A DNA stretch of 64,000 nt from Macrostomum lignano. Taxonomy: Eukaryota. A program made the position numbers and the translations under genes. The stretch spans positions 64,684 through 128,683 of the forward strand of contig NIVC01002955.1 in NCBI GenBank assembly GCA_002269645.1. Direction: 5' to 3'. Within the stretch, counting starts at the first letter, position 1. Every line of letters begins with the position of its first letter. The notes under the pieces are model-generated. The model saw only the letters and a list, made by a program, of their open reading frames with translations. It was not told where the DNA came from and made no database searches. Below, piece after piece: positions 13,301-40,012 of this stretch.

Positions 13301-15315
13301 ACAGATGTCGGCGAATCGCCACTACCGGGCAGAGCGCGGGGCAGGCGGGGAACTTCGGAAGCAGGACGTGGTGGACTCGATCACGGAACTGAATAGTCTT
13401 GCCAAAGTCCACGCTTAAGAGGAGGCCGCAACGGTGAGGTGTCAGATTCTGCACCTTCATCCCACTACCCAACTGAGGCGACGATAGAAGGAGTGATGAT
13501 TTTCGCAGCATCCCCCACCAGGCAGTGATGGTGACCGCCCAGCAGGCCAGTTGCCGATTGTCGCCCTTGTCAACCAGAGACCAAAGCTTTTGCAGCACCG
13601 ACGGAGACATTGGTAGCTTCTGGTTGACCTGAAGCCCCAGCGCTCGCTTGCAGCCCCGCAGCAGATGCTGGGTGAGGGTGTGCTTCGTCAGGTCCTGAGC
13701 GCCGTTCAGCCGAAACCACAGTGAAAGCGAGCTGACGTGACCGCGAACGCTACTGTAGGCTCGCAGGCGCGTGCCCGTGAGGCCAGCCAGGTAGTTTAGC
13801 AGCGTGGACACAGTACACCCGGCGGGGTCGAGTCCCTTGGCTGAGCAGTACGCGCGCCAGGACCGCACGTGTGAGCTGATGGCGCTTTTCGAGCGGGCCG
13901 CGTAGGAGGAACCGAGTAGTTCACGGGCTCGGTGGCTGAGGTGGTCTGGCGCAGTCTGGCGACCTGAAAACGGAGAAAAGCGGATGTGGCAGCAGAAAGC
14001 GTGTGCCGGGAAAGCGAGCAATTGGTGAGACGCATCAATGAGCCATAAAAGCGCAGCAAAAAATTCAACAACTGACTGCCCTCGTGCAGCCGAGACGCGG
14101 CGTCAGCAAAAATTTGAAACGGCCCTGGCACATGGTAAGCACGCAGCCGAATGTTCTGACGAATGCAAAGCAGCGCCACCGTCTGCAACAGCCTCAACAC
14201 CAGAGGGCACTTGGAGACCCCATTGTTGATAATACAGCACGCTGCCATATTATCGCAGTAGATGCACAGCCGACAGTTGTGCAGGCGGTCCCGCCACGAC
14301 AGCAACGCCATCAGAGGCATCACAGCCTCCTTGTAATTGATAGGCAGATCCCGAAAAACAGCATCCGCGTCGAGATCCCAATTAACGTAGCGCCAGTCAC
14401 TCACGCCCCCCGGCAACCGCAGCACGGCAGCGCCGCCCACCAGGCAGGCGTCCGACTCGATCGCGGCATCGAAGTCGCCATTGAACCAGAGTGTCTTCCA
14501 CCTTTGAGCTAGCGAGCTCGCAGGTGAAAAAAATTCACTGCGAGAAGGCAAAGTGAGCCGCCAGTAGAGCGCGACGGGGGTTTAAAAACACCCCTGCCAC
14601 CCAAGGGGGGGGGGCAGGCGGCGATGTACAATCAACGCGCTGGGCACTAAAGCCGGTTTGTGCACTTTCGCCGCACAAACCAGTCCATTCAGGATTTATG
14701 TGATTTGGGATTAATTGGAGTCGGGATTCATGAGATTCGTGGGATTCGGGACTTTTGGGATCTATGAAATTTGGGATTCATGAGATTCGAGGTTCATTAA
14801 GTTGTGAATTAATGAAATTGCTTTAGTTTATCCTGATATTTAGATTTAGTTTTATCTTACAGAATTAGGTCTCAAATTTTTAAAATCCAACAAAACAAAA
14901 ATCTATTTTTCTCCCTCTCCCGCAGATATTCCCTTCCAGCCAGTTCCCCTTCCCGGATCTGGAGGAGTTGCACCTGCAAGGCAATCGTCACGTTCAAGAT
15001 TCGCATCTGTTTAATTTAGCCTCGGGAGCTCCCAGCCTCCGCCAGCTTCATCTATCTGGTTCAGTGGGGGTATCGGACAAAGGCCTGGTTGCCATTGTCA
15101 GCCGGTGTCACCGGCTGAGAAGTCTCGGCTTAGCTAATTGCGATGGCATCACGGATGCTGGCCTGCAGCACCTGGCTGCCGACTCTCTGCACTACGTGGA
15201 TCTGTCATTTTGCTCCAGGGTCAGCCAGGCTGGACTCGACCAGTTGGCCAGGCGAGCTCCAAGGATTGCCGAAATGCGCGGTCTCTGGACTGGAACCGAG
15301 CTGACAGGGAATTAG
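7317..15315 (+). CDS. F-box/leucine-rich repeat protein (FBXL, LRRC29-like), 640 aa, 6 exons
   Basis: Exons 7317-7346, 7607-7730, 8323-8858, 9391-10060, 11736-11908 and 14926-15315 splice in frame (1923 nt). F-box LPEEVVDHILGFL...DRKSASLVCRNW is followed by AMN1-type LRRs (LDLSCTDVTD, LDASSCAGFTDVG, LGLANCDGITDAGL). Confidence 0.88.
8948..9360. repeat. Intronic 42-bp (2x21) minisatellite
   Basis: Unit ATGTTCAGCTTCAGGCTATAGATTATCACCGAGAGTCTATAG, about 9-10 copies. Confidence 0.95.
10078..11315. repeat. Intronic ~20-bp minisatellite
   Basis: Unit AAATCTGTTAGATTTCCCAA, about 60 copies. Confidence 0.97.
11990..12540. repeat. GGGATTC/GGGATTT-rich degenerate minisatellite (resumes at 14690-14790)
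   Basis: GGGATTCGTGAGATTT-type units on both sides of the YR element. Confidence 0.9.
12975..14021 (-). CDS. DIRS/Ngaro-type tyrosine recombinase
   Basis: Uninterrupted 348-codon frame with an N-terminal SAM-like region and catalytic motifs GMLRKS, GKT, HSLRRGG and GDWKSSAVERY. Confidence 0.92.
   Translation of the reverse strand: MLAFPAHAFCCHIRFSPFSGRQTAPDHLSHRARELLGSSYAARSKSAISSHVRSWRAYCSAKGLDPAGCTVSTLLNYLAGLTGTRLRAYSSVRGHVSSLSLWFRLNGAQDLTKHTLTQHLLRGCKRALGLQVNQKLPMSPSVLQKLWSLVDKGDNRQLACWAVTITAWWGMLRKSSLLLSSPQLGSGMKVQNLTPHRCGLLLSVDFGKTIQFRDRVHHVLLPKFPACPALCPVVAIRRHLCVNKLAMAEAPLWSFIDRNGQRRHLAARDLDRFLDSKLQRAGCGGKLYSAHSLRRGGATWAARMGLPVAEIQRIGDWKSSAVERYLPRSGVATAAASLHFSSALSARF
13796..14526 (-). 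pseudogene. DIRS-type RNase H fragment (3' end of pol)
   Basis: ESDACLVGG, INYKEAV, IYCDNMAA and HVPG...ADAASR motifs; overlaps the YR ORF in another frame. The RT part is missing and the fragment is fused directly to repeat A1. Confidence 0.85.
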
Positions 15316-16307
15316 CTTATAGCTATATGTACTGTTATATGACAAGCTCCCTGGATACTTGGTGTAATTTGGAACTTTTGGCCTAAATTGGAAGCAGATC
15401 ATGAAAAGTCGAAACTAAACAAGCTTTTCATCTAAACAATACTGAAAATTTCCAATCAATAGAAACGTTTTAAATTAAAACAAAATTATATCGAGCAAAT
15501 TTTCTATTTTTTTTCAATTTGCGAACTTTTAAAATGCAAATCATTTGGAAGTCCAATTTTATTTTTTCAATACAAAAAATACCGTATTTAGGGAAGACAT
15601 AGACGTTATTATTTTATTTGATTCGAGACTCCAGCACTTCAGAGTTTTTACACAAAACTATCGATTTTTAATCTCTATTATTCCGATTTTTAATCTCTAT
15701 TATTCCAAATGCCTAATTGTTTTTATTGGAATTCTAAGAAATCGAATAGCTAAGTAATTAAGAGTAGTAACAATATATTAAATACCAGGGTATTATTGCT
15801 CGTAATGTTGAAATTATAATACGTATCTAGAGTATATGCTTGCATGTTTTAAAGCTCTGCTCCATACTGCTTGAGTACGATATATCATTGTGCCTTTCAT
15901 CTCACTTAAACTGCATAATTTGTTTAAATTGTTTGGCTTCTTTACTATCAACAAAAGTAATTTTACAAGCGCGTACTCTAACTTTGTTTATTCAGACTGC
16001 GACAGAAAGGAATTGAGCTCCATGTCTATTTTTTTATCCGGCTTTTAGTGATGAAAGTTCGATATTCATTCTTATATTATTACATTTCGCACGTGTAAGG
16101 ATTACGGTGTATTTTGTCTGCCCAGATGTAAATCTTTTGCGTGTTTTATGATTTTTATACATTCTTACTTAAAAGATTGAAAGAATTAGATTAACGATAA
16201 ATTACGCTGGTATATTCAAAAAAAAATATATATAAGATATAAGTTTTTTCTTCCTTTTGTGTAATAATTAAGTTTCAGATTTTCTTATCATGCTTACTGT
16301 TACTGTA

Positions 16308-16880
16308 GAGAAGGGGAGAGGAGGGGAGAGGAGAGGAGAGGAGAAGAGAGGAGAGAAGAGGAGAGAAGAAGAGAGGAGAGGAGAGAAGAGGATAGGAGAG
16401 AAGAGGAGAGAAAAAGAGAGGAGAGAAGAGGAGAGGAGAAGAGACAAGAGGAGAAAAGAGGAGAGGAGAAGAGACAAGAGGAGAAGAGAGGAGAGAAGAG
16501 AAGAGGAGAGAAGAGGAGAAGAGAAAGAGAGGAGAGGAGAGGAGAAGAGACAAGAGGACAAGAGAAAGAGACGAGAGGAGAGGAGAGAAGAGGAGAGGAG
16601 AAGAGACAAGAGGAGAAAAGAGGAGAGAAGAGAAGAGGAGAGGAGAGAAGAGGAGAGGAGAGAAGAGAAGAGGAGAGAAGAGAAGAGGAGAAAAGAGGAG
16701 AGGAGAGAAGAGGAGAAGAGAAAGAGAGGAGAGAAGAGGAGAGGAGAAGAGACAAGAGGAGAAGAGAGGAGAGAAGAGGAGAAGAGAAAGAGAGGAGAGG
16801 AGAGGAGAGGAGAGAAGAGGAGAGAAGAGAAGAGGAGAGAATAGGAGAGGAGAAAAGAGAAAACAGAGGAGAGAGAAAGT
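16308..16880. repeat. Purine-rich (GAGAGGAGAAGA-type) microsatellite
   Basis: Nearly pure A/G tract. Confidence 0.95.
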
Positions 16881-16896
16881 GCTAAGAAGAGATAAA

Positions 16897-16986
16897 CCCT
16901 GAGCGGGCCGGATTGCTACTTTTAAGTTTCAAAGGAAACGGAGGCCGGATAGAAAGGCTTCGTTAACCGGAGTTTGCCAACCCCTG
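16897..16986 (-). mobile_element. hAT-like MITE end
   Basis: Reverse complement begins CAGGGGTTGGCAAACTCCG and aligns with 749-830. Confidence 0.55.
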
Positions 16987-17477
16987 TTTTATGTGCATGT
17001 ACTGTCAGCTGTCTCTCTTGGTAAGTGTAAGTTTTACATGTGAACACGATGATTTACCAAATGTGAAACCTTTTAGATTCGAGCTTTCAAAATTTCTATA
17101 GTCTATGAAAGAGACTGCAGGACTTTTCGACAAATTTTTATGAACCGCTGGCTAATCAATTAATAACAATTTCGATGCAATGTTTTTCTGATGATAGACG
17201 TTTTGGTTCTGTAAATTTAATTTATTACCATAATTAGCGTGATGAAGCCGCATTATAATCTATCAATAATTCATGTGTCCATTAAGATTTATTGAATTTA
17301 TGATAACGACTTGACGGAAAAAATCGCACCAATTTAAAATTTCGATTTGGCCGCTTTTCGCACATTTCATCGAATTACGCAGAAATGAATTTTCTATAAA
17401 AACCAGAGAGCAGTGAGCCTGGTTTGATGTAAAATAGATTTTTTTGAAAAAAAATATCTTTCTTTCTAAGAAAGCAT

Positions 17478-20080
17478 ATGCGCACAATCACGCAACGCCG
17501 GAGATTTTCGGCCGCCTTCGCCAGTCTATTGATTGCTCAACTGCTAGCCGCCGGAATTCTATCCGTGTCTCTGGTGACGCCGCGGTGGATTGAAATTCGC
17601 GAGTCTCTGAGAGGCGCTGCACTGTCAAGCAGGCTCTCTACGTATGCCGGCTTGTGGCGTTTCTGCTTTACAGTGGAAATGAAAATTGACGACGCTTATA
17701 TTCAGGGCGACGATTTGAAGTGCGAATCGGTGGACTACGGCACTATGAAACTGCAGCTTCATTACGAACAGTTTACAGAGCCTATTACTACTTTTTCTCT
17801 GATTGGTGAGTAGTAAAAAGTCAAAAGATATTAATAGATAGCGTTAACTTATGTATTTTATCTATTAAATTATCTTTTGGATGCATTAATATGTCATAAT
17901 AGGTGTAATCAATTATTAAAGTAGTATAATCAACTGTGAAAATTATTATGCTACCTGTGTCAGTTAATTAATAACGTAGCTATTTCATATGCTAAATATC
18001 AGTAAATACATGTGTGGTAACTATGTCAGTTAGTGGTATCTGTATCAGTTACTGTGGTATCTGTATCAGTTACTGTGGTATCTGTGTCAACTACTGTGGT
18101 ATCTGTGTCAACTACTGTGGTATCTGTGTCAACTACTGTGGTATCTGTGTCAACTACTGTGGTATCTGTGTTAACTACTGTGGTATCTGTGTCGGTTACT
18201 GTAGTATCTGTGTTAACTACTGTGGTATCTGTGTCGGTTACTGTAGTATCTGTGTCAACTACTGTGGTATCTGTGTCAACTACTGTGGTATCTGTGTCGG
18301 TTACTGTAGTATCTGTGTCAACTACTGTGGTATCTGTGTCAGATACTGTGGTATCTGTGTCAGTTACTGTGGTATCTGTGTCAGCTACTGTGGTATCTGT
18401 GTCAACTACTGTGGTATCTGTGTCAGATACTGTGGTATCTGTGTCAGTTACTGTGGTATCTGTGTCAGCTACTGTGGTATCTGTGTCAACTACTGTGGTA
18501 TCTGTGTCAACTACTGTGGTATCTGTGTCAGATACTGTGGTATCTGTGTCAGTTACTGTGGTATCTGTGTCAGCTACTGTGGTATCTGTGTCAACTACTG
18601 TGGTATCTGTGTCAACTACTGTGGTATCTGTGTCAGTTACTGTGGTATCTGTGTCAACTACTGTGGTATCTGTGTCAGTTACTGTCTTATCTGTGTCAGA
18701 TAATGCCACAGAGCCAGGCGACACCCCATCAGACAATGCAGCAATGGTGCTCAGTCAGCCGCATTCGCCCCATCCGCACTCGCAGCGAACTACAAATCCG
18801 GCATGCCGTTCTACGCCGCAAGCGCTGCCTGCCTGGCTGCCGCAATCCTCCTGACCCCGCTGCTGGTGCTTCCTGGAGGCAGAAATCCTGCCACTACTTC
18901 GGCCGCCGTAGCCATTCACTGTCACATTGCTAGCGGAATCTTCTTGGCTTTTTCTAGTAAGACGTACAGCGCAGGGCTTTCATTAAACTCGCCAAAATTG
19001 AAGAATCGTTAACAATGTCATCAAAATAGCCATTAAGTTACGCCTCTAAAAATAGTCTGCATATAAGCGAGAAATGAACGTGGCCAAAAATGGAATCGAA
19101 GCTCTGGCGCGAGATTTGCTGAGTTACTGCTCAAAATTGACAATATGCATGACATTACGCATTAGAATAAATTGGTCTTAATTGTAGTTTTCCTGCTAAA
19201 AAACTGTTGCAGCACTAGTAGTGTTTGCCTTAGAGGGGCCGTAGCCCAGCGGTCTAGCGCAGCTGCTCTGGTGTGCCAGCGACCCAGGCTCGATTCCAAA
19301 TGCAGTCACATTAATTTGGGGCTGAATTGGAATCTCGGCTTGGCTCTGCTCGTGCAATTAACGGCCTTGAGAGCCAACCCCCCAAGGCGCAGTGAAGTGT
19401 ACATGCCTAACGATAATATAAAGTTAGGGCCGCTGTACACTCCTGTGTGAGTGTGTGCCTGCGTACGTATCCGCGCGCATGTGTGCCTGCTCAGGGGAGT
19501 CTGCGGAATGGGCAGTAATGCCTCTCGCCGGTTGTGTGCCTATGTCGCTTAAAGTGCGCCAGGGTGCACACAACCCCCCTGCCTCTAATAAAAAAAGTGT
19601 TTGCCTTTCTAAGAAGCAGATTATCGATCGAGCTTCATTCTAGACTACCCGAGTGTAGCTAACGTCCTACACTGATGCTCTTCTTCCGCAAAACTTGCAG
19701 GCGTATCGTTGGCGGCAGGCTGCCTGCACTTTGTCGGCGCCGTCGACTTTGAAGGTTTGAACGACGCCGAAACCGAGCTGACAAGACCGCCAGGCCACAG
19801 CGGACCCGGCCACCCCGATGTCAGCTACCATTTCGGCCTCTCCTTCAAACTGGCAATCGTTGCATTCGCCGCGATAAACGCTGGAATGGCGGCCAGCACC
19901 TGCCTCTGGTCGGAGCGAAGACGCTCGGCTGCGAGGTTTTTCGACAATAAAAAGATCGATGAAGAAGAGAATGATTCTCAGGCGCGAGCAGGCGCAACCA
20001 ACAGTCGAAGAGCTGCCGTGGCGGCTCCCGAAGCTGTCGAGTTGAGATCGTGTCCGCTGGCCAGCGAAGCGTGGGAATAA
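17478..20080 (+). CDS. PMP22/EMP/claudin-superfamily tetraspan protein, 292 aa, 3 exons
   Basis: Exons 17478-17805, 18786-18956 and 19701-20080 are in frame (879 nt). W...GLWRFC...C loop-1 signature, four hydrophobic segments, and YHFGLSF before TM4. Confidence 0.85.
18025..18700. repeat. Intronic 21-bp minisatellite
   Basis: Unit TACTGTGGTATCTGTGTCAAC, about 32 copies. Confidence 0.97.
19232..19595 (+). mobile_element. tRNA-derived SINE, copy 1
   Basis: GGGGCCGTAGCCCAGCGG head (A box), GGCTCGATTCC (B box), AATAAAAAAA tail and 12-bp TSD AGTGTTTGCCTT (19220-19231 / 19596-19607). Second copy at 56379-56738. Confidence 0.9.
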
Positions 20081-20705
20081 CGATGAGCAAACGATTTAAA
20101 CAAATACCGACTTGAAAATTTACGTGTAGGCAAATTATAAATAATTTCAAAAATGAATTAATTCATTAATTCCGTTTTTATTAAATGATTTGTTTCTAAA
20201 TCGACTTTAAAAAGGTTAATAAGTTTAAATTCATGTGATATTTCCCATCGATGCATTCAAATAAATTATTTGGCAATAAAATCAAAATTATGTCAAAAAA
20301 TTATTTTTCTGTTTAGATACGACAAAGTTAAATAAAAGGATGGCTTGGAAAGTTTTTTATAGCAGTACTGTCTAATTTTCTTTCAAGAAATACTTTATTG
20401 TCTCAAACAACGGAAACCTTTTTGCATAGTTTAAAAGGTAATTTTGTCATTTTTCCATTTGTTGTCCATTTGAATTTCGAATCACTTGTTCACTAATTTA
20501 TAAGTATTGAATTATATGCTTATTGTTGTATGTTGAGACTAGGTACGAGGTAGGTGGGCTAAACTTTGCAAAAACGATTCTGGTAAAAACTAGTTCAAGT
20601 TGGTTTTTTGACAATCAAGCTACGCTCATACTTTAGTCAACAGCTACTAAGAAAACCAGTTTGTCAGCAAATACGAAGGTGCAAATATACTCTTAGTCAA
20701 ATCGG

Positions 20706-37297
<16,592 letters not shown>

Positions 37298-37308
37298 CTT
37301 AGGAGAGA

Positions 37309-37737
37309 CTTCAGGGGTGTGATCGCTTCAGGACAGGGGTGTGATCACTTCAGGACAGGGGTGTGATCGCTTCAGGACAGGGGTGTGATCACTTCAGGAC
37401 AGGGGTGTGATCGCTTCAGGACAGGGGTGTGATCACTTCAGGACAGGGGTGTGATCGCTTCAGGACAGGGGTGTGATCACTTCAGGACAGGGGTGTGATC
37501 GCTTCAGGACAGGGGTGTGATCACATCAGGACAGGGGTGTGATCACTTCAGGACAGGGGTGTGATCGCTTCAGGACAGGGGTGTGATCACTTCAGGACAG
37601 GGGTGTGATCACTTCAGGACAGGGGTGTTATCACTTCAGGACAGGGGTGTGATCACTTCAGGACAGGGGTGTGATCGCTTCAGGACAGGGGTGTGATCGC
37701 TTCAGGACAGGGGTGTGATCGCTTCAGGACAGGGGTG
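37309..37737. repeat. 22-bp minisatellite abutting the left end of the Maverick
   Basis: Unit CTTCAGGACAGGGGTGTGATC(A/G), about 19 copies. Confidence 0.96.
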
Positions 37738-38356
37738 AGTAGAAGGCATGAGGGGGCTTCTGGGACAAAATTTTTCACGTCCTCCATAATCCACCTAAAT
37801 CCATCCATATTATCCCTGACAGAATCAGAAAAAAAGGGGGGTCGCACTCGCTCACAAAACCTCCTCCATAATCCCATTAAATCCATCCACATTATCCCTG
37901 ACAGAATCAGAAAAAAAAGAGGGGCCGCACTCGCTCACAAAACCTCCTCCATAATCCCATTAAATCCATCCATATTATCCCTGACAGAATCAGAGCATTA
38001 TCCCTGACAGAATCAGTGCATAACAGGTGTCCACTAACACCTGTTATGCTCACTGACACTGACATAATCCACTAACATCCACCCAGAAACAATCAGAAAA
38101 AAATCTGCATTCTTCTCCCCACATTCAATTCGCAACGTGCTACCACATCCCTAAGACTTTAAATCATCAGCGCAGGGTCCTCACCCTTTGAAAAAAATCT
38201 AAATTCTCAATAAAAATGTTTCCAGTTGTCTCTCCAGGTTCTTATTACAAAACGCACGAGCCTAATTACAAGAGTAAGTACCGATGCAAACTTGAATGCA
38301 GCGAGTACATGAGAAAATATTGGCCCGGCGTTGATATCAATGTCTCTAATATTAAT
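37738..38356 (+). repeat. Left terminal inverted repeat
   Basis: Reverse-complement match to 52570-51329. Contains ~80-bp tandem subrepeats and a 13-bp-stem hairpin at 38018-38049. Confidence 0.93.
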
Positions 38357-38386
38357 ATTATATTTTTGCGCTCCCTCAGCAAATAG
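38216..38386 (+). CDS. Small TIR-encoded protein, left copy (56 aa)
   Basis: MFPVVSPGSYYKTHEPNYKSKYRCKLECSEY...; paralog of 51233-51469. Confidence 0.45.
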   Translation: MFPVVSPGSYYKTHEPNYKSKYRCKLECSEYMRKYWPGVDINVSNINIIFLRSLSK

Positions 38387-38449
38387 CAGTTACCCCACCC
38401 CTTTTCGAAATGCAGCTGTTGCGCTTGGCTGCGAATAATCTTTCCCGAC

Positions 38450-38929
38450 TCAAGCGCCTCTCTCAACCCCCAGCTCTTTCAACAGTCTTCCCAATTCATT
38501 GTTTGGAGCACACAAAATAAACCCTGCTCCCGCGCGTCCGCCCTCTCTCCCTGTGCACCCACCCTCAGCGCCCATTCCTAATCCCAACTTTGCCTTACTA
38601 AAAATAACAGCTTTAACTAGCTTCCGAGCAATCGACTCACGAAATCCGCTGGAAGCCCCTATATTGTCTAGTCTCCTAAGCATTTCTTTGTCCCAGCGAT
38701 TCTTCTCCTCAGGAAAATCTCTATATTTAACATCGTGCCACATGCAGACAGAGTCTAGCTCGTTCACAGGCTCATGCCCAGGATTTGGATTATCGTTTGT
38801 ATCTAACTGTATTTCAAGTGGATTCAAAGGCCCGCAATATTTATAGCCGGGAAGTGTCCAGCCTTTGTTCGGATGAGGAAGCTTTTCTATCAGTCCATGT
38901 GAATCTAACTTACCACCAGAGCGCTGCAT
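38450..38929 (-). CDS. Parvovirus VP1u-like phospholipase A2 (PLA2X-type)
   Basis: LPGYKYCGP calcium-loop motif and NELDSVCMWHDVKY catalytic His-Asp helix. Confidence 0.88.
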   Translation of the reverse strand: MQRSGGKLDSHGLIEKLPHPNKGWTLPGYKYCGPLNPLEIQLDTNDNPNPGHEPVNELDSVCMWHDVKYRDFPEEKNRWDKEMLRRLDNIGASSGFRESIARKLVKAVIFSKAKLGLGMGAEGGCTGREGGRAGAGFILCAPNNELGRLLKELGVERGA

Positions 38930-38959
38930 TATTTTATTTAAAATTTTCTTTTTAAATAA

Positions 38960-40009
38960 ATGACAGATCAGAAACTTAAAAAACTCTACTACAGCGACAA
39001 AGGATTCTTTGTAGGAAAAAATGCAGTCACCAAACTCACAGAACTAAGTAAGGAACCAAAAGCTAAAGTAGAAAAGTGGCTCTCTAAGCAAGCAGTCTAC
39101 CAAGTCTATTTCCCACCAGTAAAATTTGAAAGGCCCCATTTCAGTATTTATAAACCTAATGAAGCGCACCAAGCAGATCTTTTGTTTCTCCCCAATGACT
39201 CAGGCTACAAGTATGCTCTCACAGTAATAGACATTGCTTCCAGATATAAGGAAGCTCGCCCACTCAAGACGAAGAAGTCAGAGGTTGTTGCCAGCGCACT
39301 GCAAGATATTTATAAAAACTCTCCGCTCACATACCCCCAAATCTTTATGACCGACCCGGGTAAGGAATTCATGGGTGTAGTGAAATCCCTTATGGAAAAG
39401 AAAAACACAGAGATTCGCTATGGCAGAACAAACTTGCACAGAGACCAGGCTTTTGTGGAAAGATTCAATCTAACTCTAGCCAAGAGGCTATTCACTAAGC
39501 AGACAGCTGAAGAGCTGAAACTAAAAAGTGGTCAGTACTATTCAAAATGGACAGACCGCCTCCCCACTGTTATAGAACAACTGAACAATGAAGTCACACG
39601 CATGACTGGATTGAAACCATCCCATGCAATTAAACAAGACACTGTCGAACTTAAGGCATCTCATAGAACAGACAACAACACGACAACCCCACACAACACA
39701 CACAACACAAAACACACCTCTAACTACCCTAAGCTTCCAGGAGTTGAATCACCATACATACTGACAAACTCTGAGTTTCTACGCTTTTTATATCTACCTG
39801 GAGAGCTAGAGAAAGACACCAAAAGAAAAGCTACAGATCCATACTTCAGCCTTGATGTACATAAAATAGACAGACATTTTACCTCCGACTCCGGTGACTA
39901 TTACTTTTTATCTCAGGCCTTTAACCCTAAATCCCCCACACGGTCATTCACTAGAGCTGAACTCCTAGTGATACCGCTGACACAGAAATTAATTAAAATA
40001 TTAAAATAA
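38960..40009 (+). CDS. Retrovirus-like (rve) DDE integrase
   Basis: HQADLLFL, LTVIDIASRY, MTDPGKEF and VERFNLTL; open 349-aa frame. Confidence 0.95.
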   Translation: MTDQKLKKLYYSDKGFFVGKNAVTKLTELSKEPKAKVEKWLSKQAVYQVYFPPVKFERPHFSIYKPNEAHQADLLFLPNDSGYKYALTVIDIASRYKEARPLKTKKSEVVASALQDIYKNSPLTYPQIFMTDPGKEFMGVVKSLMEKKNTEIRYGRTNLHRDQAFVERFNLTLAKRLFTKQTAEELKLKSGQYYSKWTDRLPTVIEQLNNEVTRMTGLKPSHAIKQDTVELKASHRTDNNTTTPHNTHNTKHTSNYPKLPGVESPYILTNSEFLRFLYLPGELEKDTKRKATDPYFSLDVHKIDRHFTSDSGDYYFLSQAFNPKSPTRSFTRAELLVIPLTQKLIKILK

Positions 40010-40012
40010 AAA

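Larger units (their letters stand above)
12542..14689 (-). mobile_element. Internally deleted Ngaro-type (DIRS order) tyrosine-recombinase retroelement
   Basis: Split direct repeats in the order A1 (14686-14527), RH/YR, B1 (12900-12836), A2 (12835-~12678), B2 (12606-12542). B copies are identical and A copies nearly so. ATT is shared at both ends and at the B1/A2 junction. No gag or RT. Confidence 0.9.

Noticed and set aside
16268-16844. Leu/Ser-rich and Glu/Arg-rich ORFs
   Set aside because: Reading frames through the AG microsatellite.
18014-18854. Cys-rich (YCGICVN)n and Thr/Asp-rich ORFs of 230-270 aa
   Set aside because: A 21-bp unit is open in several frames by arithmetic, and it lies inside intron 1 of the claudin-like gene.
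19235-19310. Possible tRNA gene
   Set aside because: Only the A and B boxes and the 5' half are tRNA-like; it continues into a SINE body with A-tail and TSD.
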